DNA of 64,000 nt from Actinomycetes bacterium (GCA_027491335.1 JAIXWJ010000008.1:54597-118596); one strand, 5' to 3'; positions 48,413 to 57,942 are shown, counted from the stretch's first letter. Program-made: numbers and translations. Notes: generated from the sequence alone by a model not told the origin.

Positions 48413-49165
48413 GTGACCCAGACGGCGCACTTCCGGAAGCTCTCGCTCTTCTTCCCCATGTGGAACGAGCAGGACTACATCGGACGCACTCTCGCCGCCG
48501 CCCACGAGGCCTGCGCCATGCTGATCGACCTGGGCGAGATCGCCGACTACGAGATCATCGTGGTCGACGATGCGTCCACCGACGACACCCCGCGACTGGC
48601 CGACGAAGCGGCGGCGGCCGATCCGCGAGTGAAGGTGGTGCACCACCCCAAGAATCGCAAACTCGGTGGATCCATCAAGACCGGCTTCGCCACGGCGACC
48701 GGGGATCTGGTGTTGTACACCGACGCCGACCTGCCCTTCGACATGGGCGAGCTCAAGCGGGCTTGTCGCATCATGCGGTTGTACGAAGCCGACATCGTCA
48801 GCGCCTATCGACTGGACCGCACGGGAGAGGGCTACGTCCGCACGATCTACTCGTTCTTCTACAACGCGTTGGTGCGGGTGTTCTTCGGCGTCAAGATGCG
48901 CGACGTGAACTTCGCGTTCAAGTTGTGTCGTGGACGCATTTTCGAGCACATCCAGCTCGAGAGCGAAGGTTCGTTCATCGACGCCGAATTGGTCATTCGG
49001 GCCAACAAGCTCGGCTACCACATCGTTCAGTTCGGAGTGGACTACTTCCCCCGCACCAGAGGGGTGTCCACTCTGTCGTCGCCGAGCGTGATCATCAAGA
49101 TCCTTCGTGAAATGCGCCACCTGCGTCACGAACTCCGCGCGATCAAGCCTGTCGTCCAACGCTGA
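48413..49165 (+). CDS. Family 2 glycosyltransferase (polyprenyl-phosphate sugar synthase-like)
   Basis: LSLFFPMWNEQDYI, IIVVDDASTDDT and YTDADLPFD (DxD) motifs. The GTG lies 6 nt after TAACTT. Confidence 0.85.
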   Translation: MTQTAHFRKLSLFFPMWNEQDYIGRTLAAAHEACAMLIDLGEIADYEIIVVDDASTDDTPRLADEAAAADPRVKVVHHPKNRKLGGSIKTGFATATGDLVLYTDADLPFDMGELKRACRIMRLYEADIVSAYRLDRTGEGYVRTIYSFFYNALVRVFFGVKMRDVNFAFKLCRGRIFEHIQLESEGSFIDAELVIRANKLGYHIVQFGVDYFPRTRGVSTLSSPSVIIKILREMRHLRHELRAIKPVVQR

Positions 49166-49202
49166 CCTGACCGCGCCGTATCACCGGCGGTAGCCTTGCG
49201 CC

Positions 49203-50288
49203 GTGGCGATCGACCCCGAATTCCCCCGTGAGCGTCGCCCGCTGATCGATCCGAACTCGCCCCTTCACCGTTGGATCCCGGCGATCGCGGCCGCCGCTGT
49301 GTTGCTCGCCGTGGTCGTCGTCGGTGCGGTGACATCCGGAGGTGGAGGGTCCTCGACGCCTCCGACCACGACCATCAATCAGGTCGTCACCGACAGCACG
49401 TACGTTCCGGTCGCCAAGTTGCCCCTCACCCAGACCTACGGTCGTGGGGCCGCCGGACCGGAGATCAAACTCATTCAGGATCGCCTCATCGAGTTGAAGT
49501 TCGATCCGGGTGTTCCCGACGGTGCATTCGGAGAGAGAACCCAACAAGCAGTGTGGGCCTTCGAAGCGCTCGTGATGGGCGTCCCCAGGGATCAGCTCAC
49601 GGGCAAGGTCGATGCCGCGATGTGGAGTCGGATGCAGGACCCCATCACCATCGCGCCTCGTCGCCCGAACTCGACACCCAATCACACCGAGATCTACCTA
49701 CCACAGCAAGTACTCATCGTCTTTCAGGCCGACGTTCCGGTGTTGATCACGCACATCTCGTCGGGTGACGACCAGGAATGGTGCGAGGTGGTGAAGATCT
49801 CGCCAGGCGAGCGGGGCAACGAAGAAGGCACCGAGCCGATCGAGAAGGGCGTGTGCGGATTGTCGTGGACGCCCGGTGGAGTGTTCAAGTACTACCGCAT
49901 GGTGCTCGGTCGACGCGAGAGCCAGTTGGGTGGCATGTACAACCCGGTGTACTTCAACTACGGCATCGCGGTTCATGGCGCCCACGAGGTCCCGAACTAT
50001 CCGGCGTCGCACGGCTGCATTCGCATTCCGATGCACATCTCGGACTACTACCAGTCGTTGGTCGCCAAGGGCGATCAAGTCTTCGTGTTCGACGGTGTGA
50101 AGGAACCCGAGGAATACGGTGCTCAGGTTCCCCGCTTCAATTGGCCGGACCCGACCTACACCACCACGACGTCGACGACCACCACCATGGCACCCAAACC
50201 GACGACGACCCCGGCGCCACCGCCCACCACTCCGGCTCCGCCGCCGGTCACGACGACCACCTCGACGCTTCCGCCGCCCCCGCCCTGA
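49203..50288 (+). CDS. L,D-transpeptidase (YkuD) with PG_binding_1 domain and Pro/Thr-rich C-terminal tail
   Basis: GPEIKLIQDRLIELKFDPGVPDGAFGERTQQAV (peptidoglycan-binding repeat), SHGCIRIP catalytic motif, and the tail TTTTSTTTTMAPKPTTTPAPPPTTPAPPPVTTTTSTLPPPPP. Confidence 0.85.
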   Translation: MAIDPEFPRERRPLIDPNSPLHRWIPAIAAAAVLLAVVVVGAVTSGGGGSSTPPTTTINQVVTDSTYVPVAKLPLTQTYGRGAAGPEIKLIQDRLIELKFDPGVPDGAFGERTQQAVWAFEALVMGVPRDQLTGKVDAAMWSRMQDPITIAPRRPNSTPNHTEIYLPQQVLIVFQADVPVLITHISSGDDQEWCEVVKISPGERGNEEGTEPIEKGVCGLSWTPGGVFKYYRMVLGRRESQLGGMYNPVYFNYGIAVHGAHEVPNYPASHGCIRIPMHISDYYQSLVAKGDQVFVFDGVKEPEEYGAQVPRFNWPDPTYTTTTSTTTTMAPKPTTTPAPPPTTPAPPPVTTTTSTLPPPPP

Positions 50289-50291
50289 TGA

Positions 50292-51839
50292 TCAGGCGGC
50301 GAAACAGCCGTCGAATCCGAACAGCACTCCCTGCCGAAACGCGTCGACCTTGTCGAACGGTGTGCCCATCGATCGCTCGCCGTCGTTGTCACCCAACGTC
50401 AATGCGGTGCGAATCGCCTCGTCGAGGTCGCCGGGTGACAACACGATTCGAGGTGTGGTTTCGGAATCGGGAACGACCGGGTCGGTGTTGAACGGCAGGA
50501 TGTCGCCGGACCACATGCCCACCAGACAGTCGTTCAGCAATGCTCGATCGGATGCGTCGAGGTTCGAGCCGATCGCCGTCTGCACCGCTTCGGCGTAACC
50601 GATGCCGATCAGATAGGCGACGGCGAAATCGCCAGGAATCAGGTCGTAGTACTGCTTCGTGATGGGGGAGGAGACCACCACGATGTTGTCGGCGGTGCAC
50701 CAAGCGACACCCACCGCCACGGAGATTGTGGGTCCGGTGGCGCATTCGACATCGCGCGAGTCGGCGAGCAGCAGATCGGGTGCGTTCCACGGTTCTCCGA
50801 TGTCGACCAACGCTTCCCAAAAGACCACCAGGTCGTCGCGCATCGCCGTGAACATCTCGTCACCGAACGGGAAGTCCCCCGGGTTGGGGCGTGAGAGTTC
50901 CTCCACGGTGAAACCGAACTGCAGTGGGACCGGCTCGTTCGACTCGTAGTCGACGCACGACACGACACCACCGGTGAATCCGTCCTGGAAGGCGCTCACT
51001 CGATCGAACGCCGATCCGTGGGCGGAGGGGTCGTACGCCGTGCTCCCCGGTGCGTCGCCGATTTGAATGAGGCCAAGTAGCGCCCCCGTGATGTCGGATT
51101 GGCTGAATCGATAGCCATTGAGTCCGTTTTCCTGAACGTGTCCCGCCCACGCTCCGGCGAAACAGTCGGCCTGCAACTCGAGGGTGGTGGTGACGAACGA
51201 ATACAGGATGTCGCGACGCGTGGAGGACTGAATCGCGTGGCCCCATTCGTGCGCCATGATCACCGCCACGGTCGCCGCTCCGAACTCGTCGGCGAATTGC
51301 GGGAACAAACCGTCGTCGTCGTAGACGATGAAGTCGCCCTCGTCGCAATAAAAGGCGTTGTCCCGGACATCCTCGTAGTTGCCCACGAATTGGCAGCCGG
51401 TGGGGAGGTCACTGTCGCGTCCGGGGTATGCCGGGTGCACTCCGCCGCGCAGTTCGACGTACTCACCGCCGTAGGCCTTCGAATAGTTGTCGGCCCAGAA
51501 ACGCTCGATGTCGTCGATGGCATCGATCAGAAACCGGTCGTACGACCGTCCGGGCTTGGACGAGTCGAGGGGAAAGCCGTCGTCGAAATCGCCGACGGGA
51601 ATCCGGCTGTCGGAGTCATCGATCAGCTCGTTGTCCGCGTCCGCGCCCGCGTCGTCGGGGCCCCCGTTCGCTGAGTCGACCTCGTCGAGGTTGCGACTAC
51701 CAACCTCCACCACCAGTGCTCCGGAGTCGGAACATGATGTCCACAACAGCGCGGCAATCGCCGTGACGCCGATCAGTCGCGCGACCCGGCGCGGGCCAGA
51801 GGGACATCGTTGGCCGTTCATGGTCGTTGGGCCGTTCAT
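50292..51839 (-). CDS. Putative neutral zinc metallopeptidase (YpfJ/PF04228-like), duplicated domain
   Basis: First module carries IMAHEWGHAIQ (HExxH). The second module is colinear but has GIGYAEAVQ at the equivalent place. Hydrophobic signal/anchor RRVARLIGVTAIAALLW. Start ambiguous among TTG 51863, ATG 51839 and ATG 51821. Confidence 0.65.
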   Translation of the reverse strand: MNGPTTMNGQRCPSGPRRVARLIGVTAIAALLWTSCSDSGALVVEVGSRNLDEVDSANGGPDDAGADADNELIDDSDSRIPVGDFDDGFPLDSSKPGRSYDRFLIDAIDDIERFWADNYSKAYGGEYVELRGGVHPAYPGRDSDLPTGCQFVGNYEDVRDNAFYCDEGDFIVYDDDGLFPQFADEFGAATVAVIMAHEWGHAIQSSTRRDILYSFVTTTLELQADCFAGAWAGHVQENGLNGYRFSQSDITGALLGLIQIGDAPGSTAYDPSAHGSAFDRVSAFQDGFTGGVVSCVDYESNEPVPLQFGFTVEELSRPNPGDFPFGDEMFTAMRDDLVVFWEALVDIGEPWNAPDLLLADSRDVECATGPTISVAVGVAWCTADNIVVVSSPITKQYYDLIPGDFAVAYLIGIGYAEAVQTAIGSNLDASDRALLNDCLVGMWSGDILPFNTDPVVPDSETTPRIVLSPGDLDEAIRTALTLGDNDGERSMGTPFDKVDAFRQGVLFGFDGCFAA

Positions 51840-51851
51840 GGTCGTTGGGCC
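51806..51851. repeat. 18-bp tandem duplication (GTTCATGGTCGTTGGGCC x2 exact plus a partial copy) at the 5' end of the metallopeptidase gene
   Basis: Exact copies at 51816-51833 and 51834-51851. They encode PTTMNG-PTTMNG and duplicate an in-frame ATG. Confidence 0.9.
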
Positions 51852-51859
51852 GGGCGTTC

Positions 51860-52501
51860 TCAATCGACGGCGAGTTCGTCCGCGACGGCTTGCAGTTCGG
51901 CGATCTCGGCCGACTGGCCACGAATCATGGACTGGGCGAACGACCGGACCGCGTCGTTCTCGGCATTCTCCAGCGCGTATTGCGCCATGTCGACACCTCC
52001 GCGATGGTGCGCGATCATCAGCTCGGCGAAGATTCGCGAGGCATCATCGCCGGTGGCCGCGGCGAATTCGTCCAGTTGCTCCTGGCTGGCCAATCCGTCC
52101 ATTTGGTCGATGGGCATCTCGTGACCCATCCAGCCCATGGCGACCCCGGTGTCGTTCACTTCGGAGACGCCGAAGTTTCGCAACATCTGAATCATTCGCC
52201 CGACTTCCATCTGCTGGGACAGCAGGATTTCTTCGGCGAACATCGAAAGCCGCGGGTGCGGATCATCGACGTCGGTGAGATAGAAGTAGGCCATCTGCAC
52301 CGCCTGATCGTGGTGGTAGCGCATGTCCTGCAGGAATCCCTCGTCCACCTCGTTGAAGTCCGGCGTGGCCAAGGAGTCGCCCGCGAAATATCCGATGCCC
52401 GCGCCGAGAATGAGGCCCGCGATCGCGATGGCCACGAAGTTCACCGGGTTCTGCCACCACGGACGAATCTCGATCTCGTTGTCCTCGCCGCCGACCGTCA
52501 T
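51860..52501 (-). CDS. DUF305 domain membrane-anchored protein
   Basis: Two DUF305 repeats (FLQDMRYHHDQAVQMA, MIAHHRGGVDMAQ) after one TM segment. Start is ATG 52501 or the upstream GTG 52564. Confidence 0.75.
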   Translation of the reverse strand: MTVGGEDNEIEIRPWWQNPVNFVAIAIAGLILGAGIGYFAGDSLATPDFNEVDEGFLQDMRYHHDQAVQMAYFYLTDVDDPHPRLSMFAEEILLSQQMEVGRMIQMLRNFGVSEVNDTGVAMGWMGHEMPIDQMDGLASQEQLDEFAAATGDDASRIFAELMIAHHRGGVDMAQYALENAENDAVRSFAQSMIRGQSAEIAELQAVADELAVD

Positions 52502-52566
52502 GATCGCAGTCTCGCACGATTGCGCGCTCGTGGCACCTCGGTCGTCTCGTCGGTTCCGGTCCACGA

Positions 52567-53391
52567 ATGGCGAACCCCCGGGGTGCCACGGGTACAGTTG
52601 AGTTCGTGAACACCACCGATTCGGCGAATGTTCCGCTTCTCGATGTCAGCGATGTCACCGTGAAGTTCGGAGGCATCGTCGCCCTCGACGGACTCTCGTT
52701 CTCCATCGATCGCGGAACGATCTGCGGTCTCATCGGGCCCAATGGCGCGGGGAAAACGACGATGTTCAATGTCGTCAGTCGCATTTATGAGCCCACGTCC
52801 GGGACGGTGAAGTACGAAGGTCGTGATTTGTTGGCGGTTCCCGCCCATGGCATCGCGCATCTCGGAATCGCTCGCACCTTCCAGAACCTGGCCTTGTTCC
52901 CCACGATGACGTTGTTGGAGAACGTCATGGTGGGCGCTCACTCCCAGGGCTCCGTCGGCGTGTGGCGAGCCATCGCCCGAATCGGTGCGGCTCGGGAGAA
53001 CCGACGTATTCGTGATTGGTCGGGTGATCTTTTGGCCCAGCTCGGTCTGGCACGGTTCGCCCACGTGCCCGCGGCCGGTTTGCCGTTCGGCACATTGAAG
53101 CGACTCGAGATCGCCCGTGCCTTGGCGGCGCGCCCCCGGTTCCTGTTGATGGACGAACCCGCCGCCGGTCTCACTCATTCCGAAGTCGACGAACTCGGTG
53201 ACACCGTGTTGCAGATTCGCCGGGACTTCGATCTGACGGTGTTGCTCGTCGAGCATCACATGTCGATGGTGATGCGCATCTCCGACAAGGTGGTGGCGAT
53301 GGAGTTCGGTCGCAAGATCTCCGAAGGAACCCCGGATCAGGTTCGCAACGATCCCAAGGTCGTGGCGGCGTATCTCGGAGCGGACGCATGA
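52567..53391 (+). CDS. livG: Branched-chain amino acid ABC transporter ATP-binding protein (LivG-like)
   Basis: GPNGAGKTT, LPFGTLKRLEIARAL, LLMDEPAAGL. The N-terminal start is uncertain (ATG 52567 or GTG near 52606). Confidence 0.85.
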   Translation: MANPRGATGTVEFVNTTDSANVPLLDVSDVTVKFGGIVALDGLSFSIDRGTICGLIGPNGAGKTTMFNVVSRIYEPTSGTVKYEGRDLLAVPAHGIAHLGIARTFQNLALFPTMTLLENVMVGAHSQGSVGVWRAIARIGAARENRRIRDWSGDLLAQLGLARFAHVPAAGLPFGTLKRLEIARALAARPRFLLMDEPAAGLTHSEVDELGDTVLQIRRDFDLTVLLVEHHMSMVMRISDKVVAMEFGRKISEGTPDQVRNDPKVVAAYLGADA

Positions 53392-54092
53392 GCCTGCTCG
53401 AGGTTCGTCAACTGACCGCGGGCTACGGCCCCGTCGAGGTGTTGCACGGCATCGATCTCGACGTCGAACAGGGCGAGATGGTCGTGATTCTCGGAGCGAA
53501 CGGCGCGGGCAAGACCACCACGATGCGCGCGGTGTCGGGCATGATCCCGCGCTCCGGATCGGTGATGTTCGACGGGGTCGACATCACGAAGACCAACGCC
53601 GAAAAGTTGGTGGGCATGGGTATCGCTCACGTGCCGCAGGGTCGTGGCACCTTCCCCGATCTCACGGTGCTCGACAACCTTCGCGTGGGTGCCTATTCGA
53701 GATCGGCCGACATCTCGGGCGACATCGAACGCTGGTTCGAGGTTTTCCCGCGTTTGGCGGAACGACGCGATCAACGTGCCGGAAGCCTGTCCGGTGGTGA
53801 ACAGCAAATGTTGGCCATCGCGCGCGCTCTCATGAGCCATCCCAAACTCCTGTTGTGCGACGAACCCAGCCTCGGGTTGGCGCCGCTCATCACTCAGGAA
53901 GTGTTCGAGGTTCTGAAGAAGCTGAACAACGACGAGGGACTGTCCGTTCTGCTCGTCGAGCAGAACGCCAATCTGGCGCTGAAGGTGGCCAAGCGCGTGT
54001 ACTTGTTGGAGACGGGCAGCGTCGTGGCCTCGGGCCCCGCCGCCGAAATCGCGTCCGATGACGCCATTCGTAAGGCGTACTTGGGGGCCTGA
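53388..54092 (+). CDS. livF: Branched-chain amino acid ABC transporter ATP-binding protein (LivF-like)
   Basis: GANGAGKTT, LSGGEQQMLAIARAL, LLCDEPSLGLAP. ATGA overlap with the preceding gene. Confidence 0.88.
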   Translation: MSLLEVRQLTAGYGPVEVLHGIDLDVEQGEMVVILGANGAGKTTTMRAVSGMIPRSGSVMFDGVDITKTNAEKLVGMGIAHVPQGRGTFPDLTVLDNLRVGAYSRSADISGDIERWFEVFPRLAERRDQRAGSLSGGEQQMLAIARALMSHPKLLLCDEPSLGLAPLITQEVFEVLKKLNNDEGLSVLLVEQNANLALKVAKRVYLLETGSVVASGPAAEIASDDAIRKAYLGA

Positions 54093-54093
54093 C

Positions 54094-54993
54094 ATGGAAC
54101 GTTTCTTTCAGTACCTCTTCGACGGTTTGTCTCTCGGCTCCATTTACGCGCTGCTCGCACTCGGCTTGGTCGTGGTGTTCCGAGGAACGGGTCACCTGAA
54201 CTTCGCGCAGGGCGAGATGGCCATGATCTGCACGTTCGTGGTGTGGCAGTTCAACGATTGGGGCATTCCGCTCGTGGTGTCCATCATCCTGGGCATGATC
54301 GTCGGCTTCGCTCTTGGTGCCGGCGTGGAGGCCACCATCATTCGAGGTGTCGCCAAGAAATCACAGGCCGGTGTGTTCGTCGTCTCGATCGCTCTGTTCC
54401 TCGGGCTGAACTCGTTGGCCGCCATGGTGTGGGGCAACTTGCCGCCCGAGCAGTTGCCGGGGCTCTTCCCCGACGAGCCGGATGACTTTCAACGAATCTT
54501 CGGTGCGGTGTGGCGTTACGAGTACATCGGGGTTCTGGCCGTCGCGCTTCTCTTGATGGGGCTGCTGTTCCTCCTGTTCGCCAAGACCAAATTCGGTCTG
54601 GCGATGCGCGCGGTGGCGAGCAATCCCGAGTCCGCGCGGTTGGCGGGAATTCCCACCGGCATCGTGTTGGCCAGTTCGTGGGGTATCGCGGGCGCGATGG
54701 GCGCACTGTCGGGCACCCTGTGGGGCGGCATCGTGGGCGAGTTGAACGCCGGGCTGATGTTCACGGTCTTCATCTACGCCTCGGCGGCGGCCACGTTGGG
54801 TGGCTTCGATTCCCCGGGCGGCGCCGTGGTGGCCGGGTTGGCCATCGGTGTCGGTGAGCAGTTCCTCGCCGGATACTTCCCGGGTTGGATCGGCCAGGAG
54901 ATGAAGTTGTCGGCGGCCTTGTTGACCATCTTCGTGGTGCTCCTCATCAAGCCGTCCGGACTCTTCGGGTCGACGAAAGTGGAGCGGGTGTAA
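54094..54993 (+). CDS. livH: Branched-chain amino acid ABC transporter permease (LivH-like)
   Basis: Start MERFFQYLFDGLSLGSIYALLALGLVVVF, typical of LivH. Multi-pass. Confidence 0.85.
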   Translation: MERFFQYLFDGLSLGSIYALLALGLVVVFRGTGHLNFAQGEMAMICTFVVWQFNDWGIPLVVSIILGMIVGFALGAGVEATIIRGVAKKSQAGVFVVSIALFLGLNSLAAMVWGNLPPEQLPGLFPDEPDDFQRIFGAVWRYEYIGVLAVALLLMGLLFLLFAKTKFGLAMRAVASNPESARLAGIPTGIVLASSWGIAGAMGALSGTLWGGIVGELNAGLMFTVFIYASAAATLGGFDSPGGAVVAGLAIGVGEQFLAGYFPGWIGQEMKLSAALLTIFVVLLIKPSGLFGSTKVERV

Positions 54994-54996
54994 GTC

Positions 54997-56082
54997 ATGT
55001 GGAAGATCCATGAAGGGTCCGCGCGGCACTGGATGATCCGTTTGCTGGGCGTGGCCGTGCTGGCGTTCGTGGTTGTCTGGATCCCGACGCAGATGAGTTC
55101 GTCGCGCATCGGTCAGGTCACCGATGCCTTCATCCTCATGATCGCGGCGATGTCGCTGAACCTCGTGCTCGGTTTCACGGGTCAGATCTCCATCGGGCAC
55201 TCGGCCTTCTTCGGCGTGGGTGGATACACGGCGGCGATCCTCATCAAGGACCACGGTTGGAGCCCCGGCTACACCTTCTACGTGGCCGCCGTGGTGGCTT
55301 TCGTCGTCGGTTGCGTGGTCGCCTTGCCGGCGTTGCGCATCCGGGGCATCTATCTCGCTCTCGTGACGCTGGCGGTGGCGGTTCTCTTTCCCACCTTGGT
55401 GCGTTGGAAGAAGTTGGCGTGGCTCACCGAGGGGTCGATGGGCATCGACTCGGTCCGGTACGAGGACGTTCCGGTGTGGCCGATTCTTGGCGAGTTGAAG
55501 GGCCGCGAGGGTCGAGCGGTGTTCATGTTCTGGCTGGGCCTCATCATCGTGATCGTCACGTACCTCGTGTGCCGCGGAATCGTGAAGAGTCGATTCGGTC
55601 GAGCATTGGTGGCCATTCGCGATAACGAGACCGCCGCCGCGGTGATGGGAGTGAACCTCACCACCACCAAGGTGTTGGTGTTCGGAGTCTCCGCGGCGTT
55701 GTGCGCACTGGCCGGAGTGTTGTCGACGCTCAAGTCGGGCGTGATCACCCCCGACGGTCAATACGTCACGCTTCTCGGCTCGATCGTCTTCTTGCTTGTG
55801 ATGATCGTCGGTGGGGCGGGAACCTTGTGGGGACCCATCGTGGGCGGTCTGGTGTATGTCCTGCTCGACAACACCACCCGCGACATCGGCACGAACGACT
55901 CGGGAATTCTGGGTACTCTGTTCGGATGGGCCGACCAGTCGCCGGCCACGTTGATTCTCGGCTTGGTCCTGGTGATCATCATGTTCGCGGCCCCATACGG
56001 TCTGGTGGGTTTGGCCAAGCGCCTGAGTCGCAAGGTCGTCGTGGTCATCCCGCGTCCTGCGGGCACCGCGAAGCCCTCTTGA
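54997..56082 (+). CDS. livM: Branched-chain amino acid ABC transporter permease (LivM-like)
   Basis: GQISIGHSAFFGVGGYTAA motif; multi-pass; 361 aa. Confidence 0.85.
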   Translation: MWKIHEGSARHWMIRLLGVAVLAFVVVWIPTQMSSSRIGQVTDAFILMIAAMSLNLVLGFTGQISIGHSAFFGVGGYTAAILIKDHGWSPGYTFYVAAVVAFVVGCVVALPALRIRGIYLALVTLAVAVLFPTLVRWKKLAWLTEGSMGIDSVRYEDVPVWPILGELKGREGRAVFMFWLGLIIVIVTYLVCRGIVKSRFGRALVAIRDNETAAAVMGVNLTTTKVLVFGVSAALCALAGVLSTLKSGVITPDGQYVTLLGSIVFLLVMIVGGAGTLWGPIVGGLVYVLLDNTTRDIGTNDSGILGTLFGWADQSPATLILGLVLVIIMFAAPYGLVGLAKRLSRKVVVVIPRPAGTAKPS

Positions 56083-56151
56083 GATTCCCCCGAACCCCAT
56101 CGGAATACGCATTCTCGTAGACTCCCCGCGGGGCAGAATCCTCTGTCCCGG

Positions 56152-56198
56152 ACATGGCACCACCCGGTGCCGAACGACACGGCACCACCCGGTGCCGA
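56152..56198. repeat. Two copies of a 22-nt unit (ACAYGGCACCACCCGGTGCCGA, period 25), each containing hairpin GGCACC-ACCC-GGTGCC, upstream of the binding-protein gene
   Basis: Exact 18-mers at 56156-56173 and 56181-56198. An additional 10-bp palindrome CCCCGCGGGG lies at 56124-56133. Confidence 0.85.
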
Positions 56199-56215
56199 TA
56201 GTGGGAGGAAACCCT

Positions 56216-57586
56216 GTGAAGCGCACGACTACTCGCGTCTTCGCCTTGGCCATGGCGGGCGCGTTGACCATCGCGGCCTGTGGCGGAGACGACGGCTCGA
56301 CCACATCCGAAGCCCCCAGCACCGAGGCACCCACCTCGGAGGCCCCGACGTCCGATGCCCCGAGCACCGACGCTCCGGCCGCCGATGCCTGGGCCGTCGA
56401 CACCGCGGATTGTGTCGATCCCGAAGGAGCCGATGCTCCCATCGAGGGCACCATCAAGATCGGAAGCGCCATGCCCTTGTCGGGTGGCGTGGCCGCCACC
56501 GCCTTCGCTCCGGTGAAGGATGGCTTTGAGGCCTACATCGCGTGGGCGAACGAGCAGAAGTTGCTCGGTGACGTCACCATCGAAGTGCAGATCGAGGACG
56601 ATCAGTACAACAAGGACCTCACGCCTGCCGCCGTCGAGAAGCTCCTCGACTCCGGTGCGAACGTCTTCTCCGGAATCATCGGAACGCCGAACAACGCGGC
56701 GGTTCGTGATCTCCTGAACGAGGAGTGCTACCCGCAGTTGCTGGCCCTCACCGGTTCGCCGTCGTGGGGCAACGCCGAGGAGTACCCCTGGACCACCGGT
56801 CTTCTCATTCCGTACACGGTCGAGGCCAAGGCCTATGCCGCTCTCATCGCCGAGCGTTTCCCTGACGGAGCCGAGGTCGCGGTGTTCGTGGTGAACAACG
56901 AGTTCGGCCAGGTCTACGCCGAGGCGTTCAAGGAGATCGCGCCGGAGTACGGCATCACCATCGTCGACGAGCAGACCATCGAGGCCACCGATAGTGCCCC
57001 GCCGGTGGCTCAGGTGAACGCCATCGCCGCCAAGGCGCCCGATGCCGTGCTGGCCGTTCCGCTGGGTGCGGGTTGCGCCTCGTTCCTGACCGAAGTGGCC
57101 GCCGCCAAGGCCGCCAACGCCGGTTGGGCTCCCGAGATGTACCTCACCAACACGTGCTCGTCGTCGCTGATTCTGGCATTGGCCGGTGCGGCTGCTGACG
57201 GTCTGTACACCTCGAACAACCTGGTCGACGTGCTCGATCCCGAGACCGCCGCGCTGCCCGCCGTGGCCGCGTACCTCTCCTACATGGAGGGTCTCGGCAA
57301 GAGCGACATCGTCACCACGGCGACCGCCGGTTGGCACGCCGCCGAAATGACGGTGGCCATCCTCATTCAGGCTCAAGCCTCCGAGGCTGGTCTGACCCGT
57401 GCGTCGATCATCAACGCGGCCCGCAACTTCGATCAGGTGGGCTCGCTCACCCGTGAAGGTGTGCGCATGAAGATGGCCGGTGTCGCCGACCAGTTCATCG
57501 CCGAGTCGTTGCAGGTCGTGCAGTACGACGCGGACACGAAGCTGTTCACCGACATCGGAGAGTTGATCACCGAATTCGAGAGCTGA
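56216..57586 (+). CDS. ABC transporter substrate-binding lipoprotein (LivJ/K-like, PBP type 1)
   Basis: GTG start (VKRTTTRVFALAMAGALTIAACGGDDG, lipobox) 6 nt after GGGAGGA. Ser/Thr/Pro/Ala linker, then a Leu/Ile/Val-binding-type fold. Confidence 0.8.
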   Translation: MKRTTTRVFALAMAGALTIAACGGDDGSTTSEAPSTEAPTSEAPTSDAPSTDAPAADAWAVDTADCVDPEGADAPIEGTIKIGSAMPLSGGVAATAFAPVKDGFEAYIAWANEQKLLGDVTIEVQIEDDQYNKDLTPAAVEKLLDSGANVFSGIIGTPNNAAVRDLLNEECYPQLLALTGSPSWGNAEEYPWTTGLLIPYTVEAKAYAALIAERFPDGAEVAVFVVNNEFGQVYAEAFKEIAPEYGITIVDEQTIEATDSAPPVAQVNAIAAKAPDAVLAVPLGAGCASFLTEVAAAKAANAGWAPEMYLTNTCSSSLILALAGAAADGLYTSNNLVDVLDPETAALPAVAAYLSYMEGLGKSDIVTTATAGWHAAEMTVAILIQAQASEAGLTRASIINAARNFDQVGSLTREGVRMKMAGVADQFIAESLQVVQYDADTKLFTDIGELITEFES

Positions 57587-57608
57587 TTCGCTTCGAAAAC
57601 CGATCAGG

Positions 57609-57634
57609 ACGGCCCGCCCTTCGGGGCGGGCCGT
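57609..57634. terminator. Bidirectional hairpin terminator between convergent genes
   Basis: ACGGCCCGCCC-TTCG-GGGCGGGCCGT, an 11-bp perfect GC-rich stem with a tetraloop. T-rich runs lie on both sides (TCGATTT on plus; GGTTTTCG on minus). Confidence 0.6.
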
Positions 57635-57639
57635 TCGAT

Positions 57640-57942
57640 TTATCCGTTCACTTCTCCCGACACGATCACGATCTCCCGGGCGCCGGTGATTTCGGCGATG
57701 AAGGTCCAGTCGTCGCCGTCGTTGTCGGTGGCGCCACAGGCGAACTGCGTTCCGACGGAGGTCGACGTGGGCGTCTCGCATTCGGCGTCGCGATAGGTGT
57801 ATCCGGCTTCCCGGGCGAGGTCCTTGCTCTCGAGGAACTTCTCCGCCTCGCGTTCGAAATCGCCGGTCGTGGTGGAGCAACCGGTGAGAACCATCGCGGT
57901 CACCACGCCCACGGGCAACAGGATTCGAGTTGTGCGAGTCAT
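57640..57942 (-). CDS. DUF4333-like small lipoprotein
   Basis: MTRTTRILLPVGVVTAMVLTGCS lipobox. The pattern C..P......G..F.C of actinobacterial DUF4333 proteins. The ATG overlaps the rarD stop (TGATG). Confidence 0.5.
   Translation of the reverse strand: MTRTTRILLPVGVVTAMVLTGCSTTTGDFEREAEKFLESKDLAREAGYTYRDAECETPTSTSVGTQFACGATDNDGDDWTFIAEITGAREIVIVSGEVNG

Noticed and set aside
54361-56499. A very long antisense ORF (712 aa), with many similar ones elsewhere (for example 402..2060 minus, 13022..13798 plus, 20918..23260 plus, 43618..45117 plus, 9792..10931 minus).
   Set aside because: They lie opposite genes with clear family motifs. They are Arg/Gly/His/Pro-rich with no recognisable domains, and they are the expected stop-codon-poor artefacts of high-GC DNA.
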